Positions 54,930 to 64,000 of a DNA stretch of 64,000 nt are shown here, in pieces (within the stretch, counting starts at the first letter, position 1; each line of letters begins with the position of its first letter). A model generated the notes under the pieces. It was given only the letters and a program-made list of their open reading frames with translations. It did no database searches and had not been told where the DNA came from. Both the position numbers and the translations under genes were made by a program. The DNA is from Octopus sinensis (Eukaryota): contig NC_042998.1 of assembly GCF_006345805.1 (NCBI RefSeq), positions 109,802,001-109,866,000 of the forward strand, read 5' to 3'.

Positions 54930-55260
54930 TTTTGTTTGTTTGTGCGCATGCGTGTGGATCAGTGTGTATGTATGTGCCTATGCATGCATGCTTCTACATA
55001 TGTATGTATGTATGCGTATGTATGTATGTATGTATATATGTATATATGTGTGTATGCATATGCATATATGTATGTATGTGTGTGCATCTGCAAGTATGTA
55101 TTCTGCATATTCATGTGCTTGCATATCCGTGTTTGTGTATTTTCTATGTATGTGTGTGTGAGCGTGTGTTTGTATATGTATGTACCTCTGTCTCCTTATG
55201 TGTGCATGTCTGTGTGTGTGTATGTTTTGCAACTATGTACCATATTTGTATGTATGGATG
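54930..55260. repeat. Degenerate (TG/TA/TATG)n low-complexity tract
   Basis: Visible directly. Comparable tracts at 16510-16870, 27590-27835, 57315-57470, 60590-60800, 62430-62760 and 63050-63490. Confidence 0.9.
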
Positions 55261-55514
55261 TGCATCCCTATATTTGTGGACCCGTCTTTCCATGTGTTCT
55301 TGTGTAGAATAAACTGCGTGTATATATGGTCATGTGTTTCAGTCTCCATTTGCGTATGTGTGCTTCTCTGTTGATATAACCTATGTACCTATCCGTCTGT
55401 ATGTTGATCTGTTTATTTTCATATCCATATGCTTACATACATTTTGTTTTGCATCTAAGCATGTGGATATGAAAATAAACAGGTCAACATACAGACGGAT
55501 GACCTGATATATAT

Positions 55515-55680
55515 ATTCTTTTACCGCCGTTTAGTCTAAGAAATCTACCCTTGAATTTATTCTTTCTAAGCCTGGTACTTATTCTATCGGTCTCTTCTAC
55601 CGAAGCGTTAAGTTACTACGGGGCGTAAAGACACCAACATCGACTGTCAGGCGAAGGTAGGGGGACAAACTCAGACATAT
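55515..55680 (-). mobile_element. Decayed family A SINE tail
   Basis: ...tacttattctatcggtctctt..ccgaa.cg..aagttac..ggggcgtaaa.acacca.catcg.. is the reverse complement of the family A tail. Confidence 0.55.
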
Positions 55681-55693
55681 ATGTATATATATG

Positions 55694-55753
<60 letters not shown>

Positions 55754-55879
55754 CGCTCGTATTAAATATATAAATACTATTATAAATATATAAATAGTAT
55801 TAATACTTTGATACAATAGACCACTCAATATAAATTCAGTATATAATATTCTCATTGAATATATTTAACTAAAGATTTA

Positions 55880-55927
<48 letters not shown>

Positions 55928-56210
55928 TATATACACATACATGGATATATAAGTAAATATAACATACATGTATGTGTGCACACGTACATCTCTCTATATA
56001 TAAGTATACTATCTATATGGATTATGTAAATAGGTATATACATACACGTTAGGCCAAGAGGAATGGTAATGAGTTACGCCTTGGAGAAATTTTATCAAGG
56101 AAATAGAATAATAGAAGAGAAGAAAATAGCAGAAGAAAAATATAGAAGAAAAAATGACATCCTGTCCTGTAAACATCTAGTCCAGAAAAGAAAGGGACAA
56201 TAGAAAGAGC

Positions 56211-57154
56211 CTGTAGTCACGTGTAAGTAACAGAGGCAGAGTCGAAGAGGGACAAGGGAAAGGATGGGTTTTGGTATTTTGTCCTGTAGCTATCTCTTGT
56301 GTGTTACGTATTTTTCACTCGTTGCTGATGTCCTGTACACAATGTGTATTTTTCATTTTATTTATTCATAATCGAACGCCATGTAGCCTTGACCATAGTA
56401 AGTTCTTACTTTATATATAACTAGCAGTATCGCCCGGCGTTGCTCGGGTTTGTAAGGGAAATAACTATATAAGCATTTTTAGAGAGTTACTTCCCTTATA
56501 GATGCCAATTCGGGCTTTCTTAGCCATTTCTGTTTTGGTGTCTTCAAGCCATGAAGTCGTTGTTCTAAAAGAACGCTGGTCTCCTTGACAACGCTTTACG
56601 ACGTTGATTTCCTTACACTCCCTTCCCCACAGCTTCACGAGGGAGGGAAGAAGGGGAGAAGCAAACAGGTGCAGGTGTGACCATGGACGCCAACTCCGCC
56701 GCCATCGACACACGAAAAATTATGCACTAAAATGGAATAAAAAATGATGTTAAATTATTTTTAAAATCATAGACTCATCATAGACGCGCGCTAATACTCA
56801 GACGGGCTCGATATGAATCCCGACTATAAGATACCCGAATTTGGTTAAACTGCATCGCAAAATGTGGGAGTAGTTAGGAATCTAAATCGAAGGGGACAGA
56901 CACTCACACAACTACAGTTTTATATATATAGATAATCGAACGCCATGTAGCTTTGACCATAGTAAGTTCTTACTTTATATATAATTTCTTTCTCTCTATC
57001 CCACTATAACTTTCTGTTTCTCGTATCTGTCTTTCTTCCACTCCCCACTATCTGTCGTTCCTTCTCCCTTCTCCTCACTTATTTTGTTTCTCACCCCCCA
57101 CCCTGTCTTTTGTCCCCACTCCACTCTGCCTCTGTTACTCACACGTGACTACAG
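56211..57154. mobile_element. MITE-like element with 32-bp terminal inverted repeats, interrupted by a Helitron-like insert
   Basis: 56211-56242 ctgtagtcacgtgtaagtaacagaggcagagt versus 57123-57154 actctgcctctgttactcacacgtgactacag (1 mismatch). No clear TSD. Confidence 0.7.
56421..56931 (+). mobile_element. Non-autonomous Helitron/Helentron-like element (Lep1/DINE-1-like architecture)
   Basis: 5' (A)CTAGcagtatcgcccggcgttgctcggg hairpin; 3' gacagacactcacacaactacagttttatatatatagat. This resembles the ends of Lep1/DINE-1-type elements (from recall). Non-coding. Confidence 0.55.
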
Positions 57155-57484
57155 AAAGGAGAAAGCTAATTCGAAGGCTACCTATCCAATCCATCACTGG
57201 AACTGTAAAAATCTGTAAAACTTTCCAGAAGTTTATCATTTAAATATATATGAGCATTCTAGATCTGCAACTATATGCATGAGAATACATACCTAAAACA
57301 AAACATAAAAATCTGTGTACATACATACATACATACATACATACATGCATACATACATACATACATACATACATACGCACATACATACATAGATACATAC
57401 ATACATACATACATACGTACATACATGCATACATACATACATACATATACATACATGCATATACATACACACAAACGAACACAT

Positions 57485-57810
57485 TCTTTTACGCTTGATT
57501 CTGTCATCAGCTTGCAGTTCGGCTGGAGTACCGATTTGAAGTTTTAGCCGAACATACTCACTTTAGTTCTTATTCCTATCGGTGTCTAAGGCTAAACTGG
57601 TAATTTATGAGGACGTAAACAAACAAACTCCGATATCCAGGTGGGTGATATACAAACACAACGGCACACACACATGTTTATATACAACGAGCTTCCACAG
57701 AGTTTCCGTCGTCTACCACATTCATTTACAACACATTCGTCTCTCCGAGTCTATAGGAGGCGGCAATACCCAAGGTGCTGCGAAGCAGGGGCTAAACCTA
57801 AAACTAGCTT
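57485..57810 (-). mobile_element. Old, full-length family A SINE (diverged)
   Basis: Reverse-complement remnants of the tail (tcttttac.cttg.ttc.gtcat), middle and head (gagcttccacagagtttccgtc.tctacca.attca...cccaaggtgc..cg.agcaggg). Confidence 0.55.
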
Positions 57811-57837
57811 CTATCTATCTATCTATCTATCTATCTA

Positions 57838-57897
<60 letters not shown>

Positions 57898-58003
57898 AAT
57901 CTATCTATCTATATAGTTATCAAAAAAAAAGGGGGGGGGTCGAATTAATTAATCATTAATAAATTCGACCAAGCAGTATTCGGTATGTAAAGACCATTTA
58001 CGG

Positions 58004-58604
58004 TATATTTGAAGCATTAATTTATAAAAATATGGTAAAGTAAAAGAATTCACTTTACCACACACCGAACTTTTCAGAAATAGCAGCCAAAAATTTGGCT
58101 ATTTCTTCAACTGCAAATAAAAGTCTCCAGACAATGCATACTCAGAAAAATAACTCACATAGGTATAAGGGAAAAACAATGAAAGATCACATCCATATAC
58201 GATACCCGAGGACAGTCTGTTTCTGGATTTGTGGGTAAAACGCCACTTTTCCTTCATCAGCTCAGAGATTTCTCCATATACGATACCCGAGGACAGTCTG
58301 TTTCTGGATTTGTGGGTATCCATATACGATACCCGAAGAAATCTCTGAGCTGATGAAGGAAAAGTGGCGTTTTACCCACAAATCCAGAAACAGACTGTCC
58401 TCGGGTATCGTATATGGATGTGATCTTTCATTGTTTTTCCCTTATACCTATGTGAGTTATTTTTCTGAGTATGCATTGTCTGGAGACTTTTATTTGCAGT
58501 TGAAGAAATAGCCAAATTTTTGGCTGCTATTTCTGAAAAGTTCGGTGTGTGGTAAAGTGAATTCTTTTACTTTACCATATTTTTATAAATTAATGCTTCA
58601 AATA

Positions 58605-58606
<2 letters not shown>
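58004..58606. repeat. Perfect 270-bp inverted duplication with a 63-bp spacer of templated copies
   Basis: 58004-58273 is the reverse complement of 58337-58606, with no mismatch seen by eye. Spacer = direct copy of 58193-58237 (45 bp) plus direct copy of 58192-58209 (18 bp). Confidence 0.93.
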
Positions 58607-58681
<75 letters not shown>

Positions 58682-58743
58682 TTGTATGTGTTTCCAAGCG
58701 TGTGTTGTATTTTTTGTAACAGAAAATAAATGTATGTATGTAT

Positions 58744-58781
<38 letters not shown>

Positions 58782-58782
58782 G

Positions 58783-58817
<35 letters not shown>

Positions 58818-59214
58818 TCGTACGTACGTATAGGCATGTATATATTCACGTAAAAACGCGTACACAACAATTTATAAACTTAAATAGTTTCATAAACAAT
58901 TGATTCAAAATTGTATTGCTCTATCGATGACGGTAGATAGTCCACGTTAATAATATATACATTCAATTGCGTTGTGCTCGGAATCTAAGAATAATTATAC
59001 TTAATAGCTACTTGAAAATTTGTAGCTGGTGATTATCTTCGTGTTTATATTGTTGGAAATATACGTTTATATATGCATTACGAAAAAAAACATGTACATA
59101 TAACGCGATTTCAAACGTGTACATACCAACATACAAGTATATACAAGTATATAGTTTGGGTTGAAAACCTCAAGAAAAACCCGAGTATATATTTATCCTA
59201 CATACCTGTGTCTT

Positions 59215-59254
<40 letters not shown>

Positions 59255-59514
59255 CTATCTCCCTTCTCTCCCCTCTCACCCCTCTCACATACAAGAACAA
59301 AAATGTCAGGCTTTATAGTCCCAGTTTTTTTTCCGAGACCTACTGTGGTCGACTGTAGATGTGCAACATGTATGAATTTGCAACATTAGTCTTCCATATA
59401 TTTTGCATCTTAGACAGGAATTCCTGTACATAATCAGATGGCCTATAACATATGACGAATGTTATTACACAGACACAGACACTCACAGACACGTACACAC
59501 ACACACACACACAC

Positions 59515-59545
<31 letters not shown>

Positions 59546-60627
59546 CATTTCTAAGTTCGTAGGTCTAACCGAGTTTATAGATCTTCAAGTTTCTATTGAT
59601 GAAATTTTGTGTGTGTTTGTGTGTGTGTGTGCGCGCGCCTGTGTGCTTTTGTATACATTCTTTATATATATATATATATATATATAGTCCAAGCCCAAAC
59701 ACCTCTTCTCGATCTTCGCAGTCTTTTGGACGAAATGGGTGTTTTTGTCATGTGTTACTACTAATTTAGTTAGAGAATGGAGACTAGTACATTTGTCGTT
59801 AAATATTTGACCATTTGTTCTACTTTTCTTTCGACAATCTGACGTATTTGTAGGTGGCTAGTGTACGTTACATGTGTGTAGATTTTTGTGTTGTTTAGCT
59901 TGGAATATATATTCCATCATTAATATTCAAATTTTGCTTTAAAATTCTGTATGAGATAGTCATGTTATTTGCTAACATTTCCGTTATCCATTTTTTCTGT
60001 TGTAGTCAGTATTGAGTAGAAATTAATGATTATTTTAGATTTATAGTAAATCGGCGAGAGAGTCTTGTATTTGTCTGGTTTATAATTGTGAAGTTTACAA
60101 CATACACACTGTTCCTACAAAACTAGATAATAAATTATGGACATGCAACGAATTTCTCAACAAAATGGGTAAGTATAAATACCAGTGATATGCAATAGCA
60201 AAATAATAAATAAGAAACATTCATCTTCGAAAGAAGTCTGGGAATAACGGCCGAAGTTCACATGTCACTTTAATAGAAGTTCAGATCATATTACTATTGT
60301 GTTTTTATAAAGTGGTAGTTATACTCGAAATCTCCAAAACTTCGTACGGTCGGAGCCAATGAGAGTGCAGCTACGTAGTCAATCATCTTATTAAACATAG
60401 GTACAAAATCTCTTTCTGTACATCCTACCGCTTAGATAATGGCCACTTTCGATAATGTGTTTCTGAATTTCTTGCACGGGGGATAAACACGAGAAGATCA
60501 CTAATGGAATGATTTTGGTAATTGGTCTGTTCGATCAGGTGTGGCCTGACCTAAACGACAATATTACACACAGACACAAGTACACTCACATTCACACTTA
60601 TGTATACATACATACATAAATACGTAC

Positions 60628-60696
<69 letters not shown>

Positions 60697-62055
60697 CATA
60701 CATACATACATATATATATACATACATATATATACATGTATGTTTTATATGTATGTGTGTGCAAATATATATCATGAATATGTCTGTGTGCAAATATATC
60801 ATGAATATCCTACATATAACATGTATATCATTTATCGTATATAAGCATATTTAAAAATGTATGTGCCTTCACATATACGTACATCTGTCTGTCTGTCTCT
60901 ATGTATGTAATGTATGACGTTTGCTTGTACGTACGTGTGTGTTACATAATGAAATCCGAGCAAGAATTACCTAATTATATCCATTAGCTTATAGCTGTTT
61001 CAGTTGAGAGGACCAGACAAAAGTCAATAATCCGAAAATGCCAAAACTCATTGGTACTATTGTAAAATGAATTTGCACTCTGCTTGCCTTGCTGTTTATA
61101 TGAAAGTTTTGATAAGAAGATAACCGTGAGATCTCATTACCCTAAAATCGGAGCTTAAGGATTCATGCAATTACAAGTATACTGAGTTGTAACGACAGGC
61201 TATTCCTGTAGCTATGACAAAACAGAATTTTGAAGCGAAGACACACAGATACACACATACACACGCACACACATATACACACGCACTCACACACACGCGC
61301 ACACATGAGCATACAAATACACAAGCACACACACGTAGAAACACGCGCGCACACACACACATACATCTGTGATGGCGCGTGCTTTTGTGTTCAGGGTATT
61401 GCACTTACGTGGCTGAAATAATTCCTCAGCACAAGGTTTTGTTATAAGTACTATGTAGTTCGGGCATGTAATAAAAAGATAAATGATGGCAAAACATGCA
61501 TATGCGGCATTGTATTCTTTATGTCATTTACGAAAAGATGCAGCATAAACATAACCATCTGCTTCAGTTATTATGCTCTATTTAAGTATATATAACGTTT
61601 TTGTAGATGCTGTAAATTACATAATGCTATATATACGTATCTTTCCATCGCAAGTTGTCAGTGACTCGAAGTTGCGGATTACTTTCCCTTGTCCCGCTCT
61701 CTGATCACGGAAAGTAAGGCGGAATTTCGAAGTGACTATTAACATTTGCCTTCTAAAAATAAATATAGTACTCTACAGAAAGGAATTGAGTGATCCTTCA
61801 GTTAAATGGTCAATTGTTTTGTCTGTTGCTTTACATAAAAGTACTCTCATACTCGATGTTTCACTAGGTTGGAAGGTCAAGAGAATGACTATGTCTCCTC
61901 GTGATATATACACACCTACAAAAGAGAGCAACAGCGTGGCACAGGCTATCTTAATCCCTTGCGAGTGATGGCTATAGTGTATAGGTTAACATACACACAC
62001 ACACATACACGCAAACAGACACACACATTCATGCATACCTATATATATTTATATG

Positions 62056-62092
<37 letters not shown>

Positions 62093-62100
62093 GCGTATAT

Positions 62101-62431
62101 GAGACCCACTTCGGTCATGACTGACCATGGGATTACACCTAGAAAGTTACCCTCTCAGGCACAAGTCCGGGTAAGGTTGTTTATGGAAGACCAGCAGTCG
62201 CCCATGCTTGCCGGCCTCCCCAATCCACGCCACTAATGTTATCAAAGGGAAAGGCAAAGGCCGATACAACTTGGCACCTGTGACGTCGCAACACATTTCT
62301 ACAGCTGAGTGAACTGGAGCAACGTGAAATAAAGTGTCTTGCTCAAGAACACAACACGCAGCCCGGTGCAGGATCCGAACTCACAACCCCACGATCGTAA
62401 ACTCGACGCTCTAACCACAGAGATACTGCCT
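62101..62431 (-). mobile_element. tRNA-derived SINE (family C-related) with a different 3' tail
   Basis: Minus strand: gtggttagagcgtcg (A box), gtgagttcggatcc (B box), gttgtgttcttgagcaagacactttatttcacgttgctccagt, then a tail with the stem-loop ggtcagtcatgacc. Confidence 0.8.
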
Positions 62432-62439
62432 TATATATA

Positions 62440-62508
<69 letters not shown>

Positions 62509-62615
62509 TATAATACCATTATATATGTATAATATGTATAAATACATACATTTATATGTATACCTATGTATATGTACTTATGCATATATATATGTGTACA
62601 TATATATATAAATGT

Positions 62616-62649
<34 letters not shown>

Positions 62650-63130
62650 TATATACACACACATATATATATATATACGTATATACATACATATATATAT
62701 ATACACGCACATATATCAATGCGTACGTGCTTGTATGCGTATATGTCCGCTTGCATGCGTGTGTCTGTATAGAATTTTGTTGTGATAAACTATTGCTCAT
62801 TATAGCCATTGTTTAGAAATTCGTGCAAGTTATCTGTATTCACATGCCATGAAGGTATCATTTTAAAGATGTTACCGGAACAATAGTCAATCTTAACGAA
62901 ATATTAAATGCTACTCTACTCAATATTTACTTCGGTCACACATAAACATTCATTCACAGTAAGCACACAAATACGTAATGTACGCACGCTCGTACACACA
63001 CACGGACAAGCATATACATCTGGATATACATACATGAATAGGTGCTAATACACATTTTGATATGTGTATACATATACACACATACACGTATATGTATATG
63101 TATGTATGAATGTATATATATGTATGTATG

Positions 63131-63164
<34 letters not shown>

Positions 63165-63619
63165 TATATATGTATATATGTATATATGTATACATATATA
63201 CATACATGTATTTATATACACATACATATATATAAATATATATATATGCGCATACATATATAATATTTGTGTGTGTTTGCGTGTGTGTACAAAAATATCA
63301 ATTATCTATATATGCAGATATAGAAGTATACACATCACATCTATATACATACATACACAAATACAGATATATGTATGTATATGTTTGTGTGTGTACATAC
63401 ACATAGATGCATACATGCGTACACACACACATATAATATATAATATAATATAATATAATATAATATAATATAATATAATATAATATAAATATACACAGGC
63501 ACATCTGGAAGTTGAGATAATTTCAATAGGTCTTGAATTTATTGTGTATGTTGTTTAATGTATCTTCAAACGTCTTTGTTGATTAAGAAAATGTCACTGA
63601 CCACCCTCCTAGTTATCTT

Positions 63620-64000
63620 TAGTGTTATACACAAGCACTGAATCCTTAGCTTTCGCACGCGAATTTCCTATGAATTGTCTTTTTATCATTCGGTTCCACG
63701 AGGACGGAAGAATCGCATCTACTCGTTCCTATACTATTCTTTCCATACTTTAACCAAAGTAGAAGTATTTTGTAATCGCCGACGTGCGACACCTCACCTG
63801 CAAGAACGGAATAGCCGCAGTTAAGTTGCAGTAAAACAAAAGGCGAGCTAACTTTGTACCCAACCTATTTTTATTGTCGCAAACGTTTTTGTCACGCTCT
63901 ACACGTCGTCTCACCCTACATGCTCGAAGATGTTCAACTGGCAGCAGAGAGAACGGAACAAAATATATACAGAATACAGAACAAAGGTTTCAAATGAGAT
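63620..64000 (+). mobile_element. Possible decayed RTE-type RT fragment
   Basis: Weak GVKQG..L.P.LF-like remnant (caaaaggcgagctaactttgtacccaacctatttttattg); no intact frame. Confidence 0.25.

Overview
AT-rich, microsatellite-dense eukaryotic DNA. The SINE families and simple-repeat load point to a coleoid cephalopod, probably Octopus (inferred from my recall of these repeat families, not from a database search). The only host gene I can support is an alpha-carbonic-anhydrase-related protein (CARP, CA10/CA11-like) on the minus strand. Two consecutive internal exons are present (8496-8360 and 3558-3367), with canonical AG/GT sites and matching phase. The visible H94-equivalent zinc ligand is Lys, suggesting an acatalytic protein. 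Its 3' exons must lie left of the window, and I could not find its 5' exon(s) in the remaining ~55 kb. The rest is intron/intergenic DNA with transposon remnants: a Chapaev3-like DNA transposon, a rearranged mariner, RTE, CR1/L2-like and R4/R2-type LINE fragments, Penelope-like elements, several tRNA-derived SINEs, and a Helitron-like insert nested in a MITE. Nearly all ORFs in the supplied track are microsatellite artefacts. The most unusual structures are: a perfect 270-bp inverted duplication with templated inserts at its centre (58004-58606); a Helitron-like element flanked by a 53-bp direct duplication (56368-56984); a ~1.1-kb tandem duplication of a fold-back element (about 52340-54740); an inverted templated junction on a Penelope element (49037-49085); and a decayed, spliced, unassigned reading frame (1718-2430). 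I found no CRISPR, rRNA or bona fide tRNA genes, and no clear new multi-gene system.
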